64,000 bases of DNA from an uncultured Bacteroides sp. (GTDB lineage: Bacteria > Bacillota > Clostridia > Oscillospirales > Acutalibacteraceae): assembly GCA_964646445.1 (NCBI GenBank), contig CAZYDW010000005.1, forward strand, positions 1,150 through 65,149, in the 5' to 3' direction. This document shows positions 37,603 to 47,965 of the stretch, in pieces. The first letter of the stretch is position 1, and every line of letters starts with the position of its first letter. Both the position numbers and the translations under genes were made by a program. A model generated the notes under the pieces. The model worked only from the letters and a program-made list of their open reading frames with translations, was not told the DNA's origin and ran no database searches.

Positions 37603-38292
37603 TTGAAGCAATTAAGCCGTGAGGGTCACCGTGAAAGAATGAGAAAAATTTATATTGAAAATCAGATGGAAAATATGTCTGACCACAACCTGCTTGAATT
37701 ATTTGTCAGCTGTGTCATTCCGAGAAAAGATGTCAAGCAGATTTCATATGATCTTATAAATCAATATGATAATCTTGAGAATGTTGTCAATGCTCCCGTA
37801 TCGGAGCTTATGAAAATAAACGGTATCGGCGAGGTTGCCGCTGTTGAGCTTAGCCTCATCGGTACAATTAATAAGCGTATTCAGATAAATAAAAACAAAA
37901 ATGTAAGATATATCAAAACAATCGAAGACGCACTCGTCTTTTGCAAAAACAGATTATCACTTGAAAAAGTTGAAAAGATAATGCTTATAACACTTGATAA
38001 TAACGGCAAGCTTTTAGGCGACTATATTATCAGTCAGGGAACGGTAAACGAAAGCGTTGTCAGCAAAAGAGATGCGCTCGCAGCTGCTTTGAAGGATAAT
38101 GCAAGCAATGTAATTTTATCTCATAATCATCCTAACAGCGTATCAACACCGTCTGCTGCCGATATTAATATGACAATCAATCTCAAAAAAACTTTCAGGG
38201 AAGTGGGTATTACGCTTCTTGACCATATAATTGTCGGCACTGACGGCGCAAATCCTATTATGAACATGAAAATTTTCAACGATAAAAACTGA
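37603..38292 (+). CDS. radC: RadC-family JAB/MPN protein
   Basis: GHRERMR, PRKDVK, HhH region INGIGE, HNHP..S.PS.AD, LLDHIIVG. Confidence 0.9.
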   Translation: MKQLSREGHRERMRKIYIENQMENMSDHNLLELFVSCVIPRKDVKQISYDLINQYDNLENVVNAPVSELMKINGIGEVAAVELSLIGTINKRIQINKNKNVRYIKTIEDALVFCKNRLSLEKVEKIMLITLDNNGKLLGDYIISQGTVNESVVSKRDALAAALKDNASNVILSHNHPNSVSTPSAADINMTINLKKTFREVGITLLDHIIVGTDGANPIMNMKIFNDKN

Positions 38293-38333
38293 TTTTTTGT
38301 ATTTATACAATAATTTCTGCGCATAATTATTGT

Positions 38334-39596
38334 ATGAAAATATATGAAAAATTTAACAAAATTGAAACAGCATTATTAATACCTTTTATTTTTGGAGGTA
38401 TTCTTCTCGCTGCCGGAGAGCTGCTTTTGCTTGTTAGTGATAAATCAGCCGGCAGTGCAAGCTTAATTATTTATAAATTCAGTGAGCTTATGTTCACTCT
38501 TATACCGTTTGTTTTTTGCTATTATTTTTCAGCAAAGATAAACAGAGGTAAAAGGTGGATGAACGGCTCATGGGCGGTTTTCTGCCTTGCACTTTTTATT
38601 ACTGCTGTTTGTTCTGTTTATGAAACCGGCATTGCATATTTTGCCGGTATTTTTGTGTCGATGTATTTATACTGCGCACTGAAATATATTGACAATAAGC
38701 CGCTTGCAATGGCTGTTGCGGCAGTTTTTTCAGTGCTTACGGGTTTGCTTATCGGATATTTGCTTGATTATCTTGATAACCTTTATATGCATATAGCGCA
38801 GCTTGTATCGGGTAAGGGCGTTATATCGTCAGCTTTGTTTGCGGTTATTAATTGCTTTTTTTCCGTATTTGGCTTTTCCGGCTTTTCCGATGCGTTTTTT
38901 TATAAAAGCTACGGAGGCTCAATGCTTATTAACAATGAAATAATAACGGGCATTAAGGATTTGTTTTCAGCGGGATTTGACGGAAAGCTTGTTTCTGCAT
39001 ATCTTTCGGGTCATTATTATTTTATTTTTGCACTTGTCGGTATATCCGCTGCTTTATTAAGCGATATAAAGGGCTCGCATAAAACAACACTCATTGTCCT
39101 GATTATCACAACTGTTATATCGGGCAATTATTCACTTATACTGCTGTTTTTGCTGCTGCAGTGTCCTATGCTTGTTTTTTCGGCTTTTTTGATTTGCGCC
39201 CTTGCATATTCAAGCGCATATATAATTGATTTGGGCGCCGGCTATATCAATAACGGCGGTATTGCCGAAATGATTATTTATTGCGGCAAGCCTGTCTACC
39301 TTGCTGCGGGAGGAGTGGTGTTTATTGCAATAGGTTATTTCGTTTATAAATACTGCTATGAAAAATACGGCGTCAGCGACTGCTTTAATATATATATTCC
39401 CACAAGGCTTAACGGCATTGTTTCGGCTCTTGGCGGAGTCGGAAATATAATAAGATTTAAAAATAATTTTGTTGAGGTCAGAAATCCAAAGCTCGTCAAT
39501 CAGATAAGCCTTAAATGTGAAATTGATGAAAATATTGTTAAAAGCAGTGATATGAGGATAATTGAACTTAAGGAGTATTACAATGACAATTCGTGA
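38334..39596 (+). CDS. divergent PTS EIICB-like membrane protein (glucose/GlcNAc class) lacking catalytic motifs
   Basis: Motif order matches EIIC, then LGGVGNI as in EIIB; GITEP is replaced by GNYSL and there is no CxTRL. Confidence 0.6.
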   Translation: MKIYEKFNKIETALLIPFIFGGILLAAGELLLLVSDKSAGSASLIIYKFSELMFTLIPFVFCYYFSAKINRGKRWMNGSWAVFCLALFITAVCSVYETGIAYFAGIFVSMYLYCALKYIDNKPLAMAVAAVFSVLTGLLIGYLLDYLDNLYMHIAQLVSGKGVISSALFAVINCFFSVFGFSGFSDAFFYKSYGGSMLINNEIITGIKDLFSAGFDGKLVSAYLSGHYYFIFALVGISAALLSDIKGSHKTTLIVLIITTVISGNYSLILLFLLLQCPMLVFSAFLICALAYSSAYIIDLGAGYINNGGIAEMIIYCGKPVYLAAGGVVFIAIGYFVYKYCYEKYGVSDCFNIYIPTRLNGIVSALGGVGNIIRFKNNFVEVRNPKLVNQISLKCEIDENIVKSSDMRIIELKEYYNDNS

Positions 39597-40254
39597 TGAG
39601 CTTTTTAATAACCGCGATTTGGAATATCAGGAGTTTCACAGCAGTCTTATACCTAATGTTGACAAGGATAAAATAATCGGCGTCAGAATACCCGTTATCA
39701 GAAAAATTGCAAAAAAGGCTGCCAAGGACAAAACCGATATCGACCCGTATTATTATGAGGAGCTTATGATTAAGGGTATGATTATAGGCTACAGCAAGCT
39801 TTCAATAAACGAATATATCAATATGCTTGATGATTTTGTACCGTTAATTGATAACTGGGCTGTGTGTGACTGCTGTGTGTCAACATATAAATTCACTGTA
39901 AAATACAAAAAACAAATGTTTGAGTATATTAAAAAATATCTGTCAAAAGGCGAATATGAGGTTCGCTTTGCGATTGTAATGATTTTAGATTATTTTATTG
40001 ATGACGATTATATTGATGAAGCACTCAACATTTTAAAAAGCATAAAAAGCGACTTGTATTATGTAAATACGGCAGTTGCCTGGGCACTTTGCGTTGCTGC
40101 GGTAAAGTATTATGATAAGATTGAAAGCATAATTAAAAGCAATGTGTTAAGTGTGTGGGTACATAATAAAACAATACAGAAGTGCTGTGAATCATACAGA
40201 ATCAGCAACGATACAAAAAAATATCTGAAGTCCCTTAAAAGACAGCATTATTAG
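39583..40254 (+). CDS. DNA alkylation repair protein (AlkD-like HEAT repeat)
   Basis: IIGVRIPVIRKIAK, DNWAVCD, YYVNTAVAW, VHNKTIQK; start set at ATG 39583. Confidence 0.85.
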   Translation: MTIRDELFNNRDLEYQEFHSSLIPNVDKDKIIGVRIPVIRKIAKKAAKDKTDIDPYYYEELMIKGMIIGYSKLSINEYINMLDDFVPLIDNWAVCDCCVSTYKFTVKYKKQMFEYIKKYLSKGEYEVRFAIVMILDYFIDDDYIDEALNILKSIKSDLYYVNTAVAWALCVAAVKYYDKIESIIKSNVLSVWVHNKTIQKCCESYRISNDTKKYLKSLKRQHY

Positions 40255-40279
40255 TTTTTACTTATACGCTGTCTTTTTT
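40237..40279 (+). terminator. terminator-like hairpin
   Basis: AAAAGACAGC/GCTGTCTTTT with a large loop, then TT. Confidence 0.5.
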
Positions 40280-40383
40280 AATTGTAAAAAAAATATTAAT
40301 ATTGTAAACAAAATATTAACAAAATATTGACCTTATATATTTATGCAGTTATAATAAATCTATATCTGAAAGGAGGAACAGTT

Positions 40384-41262
40384 ATGGTTAAGTCGATGAC
40401 GGGATTTGGCAGGTCTGTTAAAGAGATTGACGGTTATGTCATAACAGTCGAGCTTAAATCAGTCAATCACAGATATTTTGATTTCAGCTTACACTGTCCG
40501 AGACAGTACGGATTTATTGATGAAAAAATAAAGTCATATGTCAACTCAAAGGTCGCAAGGGGTAAGGTTGAATGTTACATAGGCATTGAAGCTCTTAATT
40601 CGGAAGCTTGCGATGTTGCCGTTAATAATTCGCTTGCAAGCGCATATGTTAATGCGATTAACGAAATTGCGAATAATTATTCGTTAAACAGTGATTTAAG
40701 CGCTTCTGTTTTAAGCCGCTTTACCGATGTGCTTGTTGTTAAAAAAGCAGATGAGGATGAGGAAAAAATCTGGAATATGGTTAAATCCGTTGCAGATGAA
40801 GCGCTTAAAAAATTTACCGATATGCGTCTTTGCGAAGGCAGAAAAATGTATGATGATGTTTATTCAAGGACTGATTTGATTCTTGACTGCGTTGCTTTTA
40901 TTGAGGAGCGTTCTCCGCACACTGTTAAGGAATATAATGATAAGTTAATTGAAAGAGTTCACGAGATTATAGGCGATGTTTCGCTTGACGAGGGCAGGAT
41001 AATTCAGGAGGTTGCAATCTATGCGGACAAGGTTGCCGTAGCCGAGGAAACTGTGCGCCTTCGTTCGCATATTGAACAGCTTCGTACATTTCTTGACTGT
41101 GAAACGGAAATCGGCAGGAAGATGGATTTTCTTGTACAGGAAATAAATCGTGAAACCAATACAATCGGTTCAAAGTGCAGTGATGTTGAGATTGCACGCA
41201 AGGTTGTTGATATGAAAGCCGAAACAGAAAAAATCAGAGAACAAATACAGAATATTGAGTAG
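40384..41262 (+). CDS. yloC: YicC/YloC-family endoribonuclease
   Basis: MVKSMTGFGR, SVNHRY, EETVRLRSH, GRKMDFLVQEINRETNTIGSK, REQIQNIE. Confidence 0.93.
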   Translation: MVKSMTGFGRSVKEIDGYVITVELKSVNHRYFDFSLHCPRQYGFIDEKIKSYVNSKVARGKVECYIGIEALNSEACDVAVNNSLASAYVNAINEIANNYSLNSDLSASVLSRFTDVLVVKKADEDEEKIWNMVKSVADEALKKFTDMRLCEGRKMYDDVYSRTDLILDCVAFIEERSPHTVKEYNDKLIERVHEIIGDVSLDEGRIIQEVAIYADKVAVAEETVRLRSHIEQLRTFLDCETEIGRKMDFLVQEINRETNTIGSKCSDVEIARKVVDMKAETEKIREQIQNIE

Positions 41263-41266
41263 CATT

Positions 41267-41518
41267 ATGGAATTAGTTAATATTGGATTTGGCAATCTTG
41301 TTAATGCCGACAGAGTTATTTCAATTGTGTCGCCCGAATCGGCGCCGATAAAAAAAATCGTTCGTGAAAGCAAAAAAAGCGGTACTCTTATTGATGCTAC
41401 CCACGGCAGGAAAACAATGAGCGTAATTATTACCGACAGTGATAATATCATCTTATCTTATCTCGAATTAAAACGAATTGCCCAAAAATTCGGCACGGAG
41501 GTGGATGATGATGAATAA
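41267..41518 (+). CDS. remA: RemA/DUF370-family regulator
   Basis: LVNIGFGN, SPESAPIK, LIDATHGRKT. Confidence 0.9.
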   Translation: MELVNIGFGNLVNADRVISIVSPESAPIKKIVRESKKSGTLIDATHGRKTMSVIITDSDNIILSYLELKRIAQKFGTEVDDDE

Positions 41519-42086
41519 TAAAGGCTTGCTTGTTATTCTTTCGGCACCGAGCGGCTGCGGCAAGGATACTGTTTTTAAAGAGCTGTGCAAAATAAGAGAT
41601 GATGTTGTTGAATCCGTGTCGGCAACGACAAGAAAAGCCCGTGAGGGCGAGATTGACGGCGTTAATTATCATTTTATTTCCACTGCCCAGTTTGAAAAGC
41701 TTATCAGTGAAAACGGTTTACTTGAATATGCAACCTACGGCGGCAACTATTACGGTACGCCTGTCAACAGTGTTGAAAAAGCAATAAATGACGGTAAGGT
41801 GTGTTTTCTGATTATTGAGGTTCAGGGTGCGCAAAAGATTATGAGTCTTTATCCCGACTGCGTTTCGATTTTCCTTCTTCCGCCCGATATAAAGGTGCTT
41901 GAAAAGCGCTTGAGGGGCAGAGAGTCAGATAATGAGGATATTATCCGTCAAAGGCTTGACATTGCAAAGGTCGAATTGTCATATAAGGATAAATATACAT
42001 ATCAGGTTATTAATGATGACCTTGATGAATGTGTCAACAAAATAAATAAAATTATTTGCAGCGAGCTTAAAAGCCGCAATGCATAA
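41511..42086 (+). CDS. gmk: guanylate kinase
   Basis: SAPSGCGKDT, SATTRKAREGEIDGVNYHF, YYGT; start is 41505, 41508 or 41511. Confidence 0.95.
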   Translation: MNNKGLLVILSAPSGCGKDTVFKELCKIRDDVVESVSATTRKAREGEIDGVNYHFISTAQFEKLISENGLLEYATYGGNYYGTPVNSVEKAINDGKVCFLIIEVQGAQKIMSLYPDCVSIFLLPPDIKVLEKRLRGRESDNEDIIRQRLDIAKVELSYKDKYTYQVINDDLDECVNKINKIICSELKSRNA

Positions 42087-42111
42087 TCATAATTAAGATA
42101 GGAGAAAAATT

Positions 42112-42321
42112 ATGTTTAATCCCGATTTAAAAGAATTATTAAAGAATTGCAACAGCCGGTACAGCCTTGTTGTCGCAACTGCAAAAAGAGCAAGGGAAAT
42201 CAGAGATGAAGCAATCGAACGCGAGGAGCACATTGATGTAAAAACCGTTTCAACTGCAATTAATGAAATAGTTGACGGAAAGTATGTTGTTGAAGAACCT
42301 GATAAGCTTAAATCAAAATAA
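42112..42321 (+). CDS. rpoZ: RNA polymerase omega subunit
   Basis: SRYSLVVATAKRAREI; conserved position after gmk. Confidence 0.92.
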   Translation: MFNPDLKELLKNCNSRYSLVVATAKRAREIRDEAIEREEHIDVKTVSTAINEIVDGKYVVEEPDKLKSK

Positions 42322-44540
42322 TGAACAGATTAATTGCAACAGTTGCCGTCGAAAAAACATTTTTCAGTTATGACAGCGATTATGATTATTATGTTCCGCC
42401 GGAGCTTGAAAAGAAAATCAAACTCGGTATGCTTGTCAGGGTTCCGTTCGGCAATGGCAATAAAATTCGTGAGGGCATTGTTGTAAAGCTTTATTACGCA
42501 ATTAATTCACGGCTAAAGGATATTTCAGGCATTATTGAAAAAACACCTGTTTTAAGTGAAGAAATGGTTATGCTTGCACTGTGGCTTAAAAAACGCTGCT
42601 TTTGCACAACCTATGACTGTTTAAGGCAAATGCTGCCGCGCGGACTCGGCAAAGTCGGCGACGCAACATCAAATGTTGCAAGTCTTGTTATTGACCGCGA
42701 GGAAGATTTGCCTAAGCTGACAGCTAAACAAAAAAGCGTTGTTAATCTGCTGTTTGATATCGGAAGTGCGCGTGTTGATGAAATATGCGAGTTTTGTTCA
42801 GTCGGCAGTGCTGTTTTAAAAAATCTTGAAAAGTACGGCGTTATTTCAATTAACAAGGTTCAGAAATATCGTATGCCTTACAGGCAGCCTGCACAGCCGG
42901 ACACAAAGAAAATAATTCTCACACCGCAGCAGCAAAAAGCATATGAAAAATACGAAAAAATGCTTGAGTCAGGCGGCGGAGGCGGTCTGCTTTTCGGTGT
43001 AACGGGCAGCGGCAAAACAAGTGTTTATATGAAGCTCATTGATAAAACGCTCCAAATGGGCAGGGATGTTATTGTTATGATACCGGAGATTGGTTTGACA
43101 TCACAGGCATTGTCGCTTTTTTACAGCCGTTACGGCAGCAAGGTGGCGGTATTTCACAGCGGTTTGTCACTTGGCGAGCGCAATGATGAGTATAAGCGCG
43201 CCGACAGAGGGGAGGCAAAAATCGCTGTCGGTACAAGAAGCGCGGTTTTTGCGCCACTTCATAATCTCGGCCTTGTTATTATGGATGAGGAACAGGAAAA
43301 TACTTTTAAAAGTGAAAGAACACCTCGGTACGATGCGCACGACGCAGCATATTTCAGATGCAAATATAATAAAGCGTTATTTCTTATGACATCTGCTACT
43401 CCGAGTATTGAACGCTATTCGGCAGCAGTCAGCGGCAAATATGAGCTTTGTGAAATCAGTGAGCGCTTCGGCGATGCGGTTTTACCTGAGGTAATAACCG
43501 TTGATATGAGGAATGAGCTGAAGGCGGGGAATAAAACACCCATATCACGCAGGCTCAGAGCGCTGATTGAACAGACACTTGAAAACGATAAACAGGTAAT
43601 ACTCCTTATTAACAGGCGCGGCTACAATACATTTATTGCCTGCTGTGACTGCGGTAATGTAATTACCTGCCCAAACTGTTCAATTTCATTAACTTACCAC
43701 AGCCGCAATAACAAGCTGATATGTCATTACTGCGGTTATACCAAAGGTCTTGAGGTTGTGTGCAGTGAGTGCGGCAGCGATAATATTAAATATTCGGGCT
43801 TCGGTACTCAAAGAATTGAGGATGAGCTTAATGCTCTTTTCCCGAATGCAAGAGTTCTTCGTATGGATGCCGATACAACTACGGCAAAATTCAGCCACGA
43901 CAAAATGTTTTCCGCATTTAATAATCATAAATATGATATTTTAATCGGTACACAAATGATTGCAAAAGGTCTTGATTTTCCTGATGTTACGCTTGTCGGT
44001 GTTGTTAATGCCGATAATTCGCTTTATGATGAAAATTATAACAGCGCCGAGCGTGCCTTTGATTTAATTATGCAGGTTATCGGCAGAAGCGGCAGGCGCG
44101 ATAATACCGGCAAAGCTGTTATTCAAACAATCAATCCATATAATTCAACTGTTGAATATGCTGCCAATCAGGATTATAAAGCATTTTTCAATACTGAAAT
44201 AGAGCTTAGAAAGGCTTTGATTTATCCGCCGTATTGCGATATAATTTCCGTATCGTTTTGCAGTAAAAACGAAAATAAGGCGGCTCTTTGTTCCGAAGAA
44301 TTTTTATCGCTGCTTAAATTACTTAACGCCGATAACGAGCATAAGCTCATAGTTCTCGGCCCGAGTCCTGCCAAAATATCAAAAATAAACAGTGAATACA
44401 GATACAGATTATCGGTTAAATGCAGGTTCTCAAAAAAAATTTATTTATTATTTACGCAAATATTGAAAAGAATAAGCAAAAACAGAGATTATAAGGATGT
44501 TACGGTCAGCGCTGATCTTAATCCGTATAATCTGAATTAG
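42321..44540 (+). CDS. priA: primosomal protein N'
   Basis: GVTGSGKT, DEEQE, four CxxC pairs, GTQMIAKGLDFP, QVIGRSGR. Confidence 0.95.
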   Translation: MNRLIATVAVEKTFFSYDSDYDYYVPPELEKKIKLGMLVRVPFGNGNKIREGIVVKLYYAINSRLKDISGIIEKTPVLSEEMVMLALWLKKRCFCTTYDCLRQMLPRGLGKVGDATSNVASLVIDREEDLPKLTAKQKSVVNLLFDIGSARVDEICEFCSVGSAVLKNLEKYGVISINKVQKYRMPYRQPAQPDTKKIILTPQQQKAYEKYEKMLESGGGGGLLFGVTGSGKTSVYMKLIDKTLQMGRDVIVMIPEIGLTSQALSLFYSRYGSKVAVFHSGLSLGERNDEYKRADRGEAKIAVGTRSAVFAPLHNLGLVIMDEEQENTFKSERTPRYDAHDAAYFRCKYNKALFLMTSATPSIERYSAAVSGKYELCEISERFGDAVLPEVITVDMRNELKAGNKTPISRRLRALIEQTLENDKQVILLINRRGYNTFIACCDCGNVITCPNCSISLTYHSRNNKLICHYCGYTKGLEVVCSECGSDNIKYSGFGTQRIEDELNALFPNARVLRMDADTTTAKFSHDKMFSAFNNHKYDILIGTQMIAKGLDFPDVTLVGVVNADNSLYDENYNSAERAFDLIMQVIGRSGRRDNTGKAVIQTINPYNSTVEYAANQDYKAFFNTEIELRKALIYPPYCDIISVSFCSKNENKAALCSEEFLSLLKLLNADNEHKLIVLGPSPAKISKINSEYRYRLSVKCRFSKKIYLLFTQILKRISKNRDYKDVTVSADLNPYNLN

Positions 44541-44550
44541 GAGAATATAA

Positions 44551-45009
44551 ATGGCTTTAAGAAATGTTGTTAAGCTCGGTGATCCGATACTTAACAAAAC
44601 AAGCCGTGTTGTTGAAAAGTTTGATGACCGGCTTTCGACTTTAATTGACGATATGAAAGAAACCATGTACCACGCTGACGGTGTGGGACTTGCCGCAGTT
44701 CAGGTCGGAATACTGAAAAGAGTTGTTGTTATTGATATAGGCGATGGGTTTATTGAGCTTGTAAACCCGGAAATAACCTTGCAGGACGGCGAACAAAGAG
44801 AGCAGGAGGGCTGTTTATCTCTGCCCGGCAAGAACGGTGTTACACTTCGTCCTATGAAGGTTCAGGTTAAAGCTCAGGACCGAACAGGCAAATGGCACTG
44901 CTATACGGGCGAGGGACTTAAAGCAAGAGCTTTTTGCCACGAAATAGACCATCTTGACGGTATTTTATTTACATCAAGAATTGTAAGCACTCCTGTAATT
45001 TCAGATTAA
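44551..45009 (+). CDS. def: peptide deformylase
   Basis: [23 protein letters not shown]. Confidence 0.96.
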   Translation: MALRNVVKLGDPILNKTSRVVEKFDDRLSTLIDDMKETMYHADGVGLAAVQVGILKRVVVIDIGDGFIELVNPEITLQDGEQREQEGCLSLPGKNGVTLRPMKVQVKAQDRTGKWHCYTGEGLKARAFCHEIDHLDGILFTSRIVSTPVISD

Positions 45010-45019
45010 CGGTGATAAA

Positions 45020-45949
45020 ATGAAAATTATTTTTATGGGAACACCCGACTTTGCTGTTGCGAGTCTTCAGGCACTTATAGACAGCGATAATGATGTTTTT
45101 GCTGTTTTTACACAGCCCGATAAGCCACTCGGCAGAAAGCAGATTATCACGCCTTCACCCGTTAAAATTTGTGCCGAAAAAAATAATATAACCGTTTATC
45201 AGCCGGACAGCTTGAAGGGAGCTTTCGCTAAAGAAAAAATCCGCTTGATTAATCCCGACCTGATAGTTGTAGCTGCTTACGGCAAAATATTACCGGTTGA
45301 AATTCTTAAAATGCCAAGATACGGCTGTATTAATGTTCATGCGTCTCTTTTGCCGAAATACCGCGGTGCTGCGCCTATTCAGCGGGCAATACTAAACGGT
45401 GACAGTCAGACAGGCGTTACCATTATGCAAATGGATGAGGGGCTTGATACAGGCGCAATGCTTCTTGCGAAAAAAACCGATATTGATATTAACGAAACCG
45501 CCCGGGACCTGTTTGACAGGCTTTCACATATCGGAGCAAGCGCTTTGCTTGATGCCGTAAACAGAATATCAAATAATTCTGCCAAACCCGTTGAGCAGGA
45601 CGAAAGCAAGGCAAGCTACGCTTCAAAAATCACTAAAGCGCTTTGCCCGATTGACTGGTCAAGGAGCGCACTTGAAATTCATAATCAGGTAAGGGGATTA
45701 CAGAGCTGGCCCTGCGCCTCGACTGTAATTAACGGTAAAAATGTTAAAATTCATAAAACAGAGCTTACTGATTTAACCTCTGATAAGGCAGGTATGGTAA
45801 CGCAAAGCAAAGAGGTTTTGACTGTATGCTGCGGTGACGGAAAATGTATAAATATTTTAGAGCTTCAGGCAGAAGGTAAAAAAAGGATGACTGCAAAGGC
45901 GTTCTTGCAGGGCAATACTATTAGTAAATATACCGTACTGGGGGAATAA
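45020..45949 (+). CDS. fmt: methionyl-tRNA formyltransferase
   Basis: FMGTPDFA, NVHASLLPKYRGAAPIQ, GLDTG. Confidence 0.96.
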   Translation: MKIIFMGTPDFAVASLQALIDSDNDVFAVFTQPDKPLGRKQIITPSPVKICAEKNNITVYQPDSLKGAFAKEKIRLINPDLIVVAAYGKILPVEILKMPRYGCINVHASLLPKYRGAAPIQRAILNGDSQTGVTIMQMDEGLDTGAMLLAKKTDIDINETARDLFDRLSHIGASALLDAVNRISNNSAKPVEQDESKASYASKITKALCPIDWSRSALEIHNQVRGLQSWPCASTVINGKNVKIHKTELTDLTSDKAGMVTQSKEVLTVCCGDGKCINILELQAEGKKRMTAKAFLQGNTISKYTVLGE

Positions 45950-45951
45950 AA

Positions 45952-46653
45952 ATGGGCGCTTATTTTTCATATTACCTTACAGGTATAATTATGATACCGA
46001 TATTTTTGTTTGCACTTTTTTGTCAGGCAAAGGTAAAAAACGCTTTCAACAGATATTCAAAAATAAAAAACCGAAGGGGTATGACCGGTGCTGACGCTGC
46101 ATATAAGCTTTTGCTGATTAACGGAATTACCGATGTTAAAATCAAAAAAGTCTCGGGAACACTCACGGATTATTATGACCCTAAGAGAAAAGAAATCTGC
46201 CTTTCTCAGTCGGTTTACGCGTCAGCAAGCGTTGCTGCAATCGGCGTTGCCTGTCACGAGGCGGGTCACGCCTGTCAGCATGCGTTCGGCTATTCGCCGC
46301 TTAAAATAAGAAATGCCATTATTCCGGTAACGCAGATTGGCTCTTATCTCGGAATACCGCTTGCACTTATAGGTATGCTTATTTACAGTGAGCCTCTTAT
46401 TTATGCGGGTATCATACTCTACAGTGCCGTTGCGCTTTTTCAGCTTATTACATTGCCTGTTGAATTTAACGCATCTAAGCGTGCTCTTGAAACTATTGAG
46501 AGTAACGGCTTTCTTGACGGCGATGAATACACAGGTGCAAAAAAGGTGCTTAATGCCGCAGCACTGACTTATGTTGCCGCACTTGCGTCAGCAGTCGCAA
46601 CAATTTTTCGCCTGCTCTTGACATTTTCCTTGAGAAATAACAGAAGAAATTAG
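45952..46653 (+). CDS. zinc metallopeptidase (YugP/Zn_peptidase_2)
   Basis: LTDYYDP, HEAGHACQH, TLPVEFNAS, AAALTYVAA. Confidence 0.9.
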   Translation: MGAYFSYYLTGIIMIPIFLFALFCQAKVKNAFNRYSKIKNRRGMTGADAAYKLLLINGITDVKIKKVSGTLTDYYDPKRKEICLSQSVYASASVAAIGVACHEAGHACQHAFGYSPLKIRNAIIPVTQIGSYLGIPLALIGMLIYSEPLIYAGIILYSAVALFQLITLPVEFNASKRALETIESNGFLDGDEYTGAKKVLNAAALTYVAALASAVATIFRLLLTFSLRNNRRN

Positions 46654-46700
46654 TGCGAAAATCACACTAATCTGCCGCAACGGCTATGGAAATTATTATG
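46651..46700 (+). repeat. partial relative of the metY/cysK leader element
   Basis: GGCTATGGAAATTATTATG (46682-46700) is identical to 12476-12494; TAGTGCGAAAAT (46651-46662) matches 13795-13806 at 11/12. Confidence 0.65.
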
Positions 46701-46723
46701 TTTATTCAGGATTAAAGTTGTTT

Positions 46724-47965
46724 ATGAAAGTTAAAAATCCGAGGCTTATTGCCTTTGAAATTTTGCATAAAATATTTACCGAAAAAGCTTATTCAAATAT
46801 TACGCTTGAATATGCTTTAAGGGATATTAACAATGATAAAGCGTTTATCTCTGCTCTTGTTTACGGTACGGTTGAAAGAAAAATCACACTTGAATATTAT
46901 ATTGACAAATATGTTGATAAAAAGCCGAAAGCAAAGGTGCTGACGCTCCTTTATCTCGGCGCATACCAGATTAAATTTATGGATAAGGTACCGTCAAGCG
47001 CTGCGATTAATGAAACCGTTAAGCTTTCGAAGGAGCTTAAGCTTGATTATTATTCTGCGTTGATTAACGCAGTGTTACATAAAATTGACAGCGACAAAAC
47101 AGAAAGTAATGACATTTATATTAAATATTCCGTACCTGAAAATCTTCTTAATATGTGGATTAAACAGTACGGCAGGAATCAGGTGCTTTCTTTTTTGCCG
47201 TATATAAACGGCAGACCTCCCGTTTATGCAGTTGCAAACAGAATTTATCTTGACGCCAATGAGCTTCAGTATGAGCTTTCAAACGAGAATATAGACTGCG
47301 AGGCTGTTGATGATGTTGTTAAAATAAATTCATCGTTTTCGCTTAACAGCTTGAAAGCTTTTAAAAACGGCTTGTTCCATATTGAGGATTTGTCAAGCTA
47401 TAAATGTGCGCTGTCACTTTCCCCGTCCAATGAAGAAACGGTTTTTGATATGTGTTCTGCACCCGGCGGAAAGGCATTTACTATTGCTGAAAAAATGAAC
47501 AATACAGGCAGAGTTTTTGCTTTTGACCTTTATGAGCACAGAGTTAAAAAAATAAATGAAGGCGCAGCCAGACTTGGTCTTGACAATATTATCGGCGCCG
47601 TTAATGACGCAACCGTATTTAACAGTAAATTACCGCCGGCAGATAAGGTGTTGTGCGATGTGCCGTGTTCAGGCTTCGGCATTATAAGGCGCAAGCCGGA
47701 AATAAGATATAAAGAGCTTGACAGTATAAATGGGCTGCCGGCAATTCAGCTTAAAATACTTGAAATATCGTCAATGTATCTGAAAAAAGGCGGCAGGCTT
47801 GTTTATTCAACCTGCACGCTTAATAAAAAGGAAAATGAGCAGGTTGTTGAAAAATTTATTTTCACTCACAGAAATTTCAAACTGATTGAACAGGAAACTG
47901 AATTTCCCGACATAAACGGCGGAGACGGCTTTTTCAAAGCCGTAATGGTTAAAAATGAAAACTGA
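46724..47965 (+). CDS. rsmB: 16S rRNA m5C967 methyltransferase
   Basis: NusB-like N-terminus, DMCSAPGGK, DVPCSG, YSTCT. Confidence 0.92.
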   Translation: MKVKNPRLIAFEILHKIFTEKAYSNITLEYALRDINNDKAFISALVYGTVERKITLEYYIDKYVDKKPKAKVLTLLYLGAYQIKFMDKVPSSAAINETVKLSKELKLDYYSALINAVLHKIDSDKTESNDIYIKYSVPENLLNMWIKQYGRNQVLSFLPYINGRPPVYAVANRIYLDANELQYELSNENIDCEAVDDVVKINSSFSLNSLKAFKNGLFHIEDLSSYKCALSLSPSNEETVFDMCSAPGGKAFTIAEKMNNTGRVFAFDLYEHRVKKINEGAARLGLDNIIGAVNDATVFNSKLPPADKVLCDVPCSGFGIIRRKPEIRYKELDSINGLPAIQLKILEISSMYLKKGGRLVYSTCTLNKKENEQVVEKFIFTHRNFKLIEQETEFPDINGGDGFFKAVMVKNEN

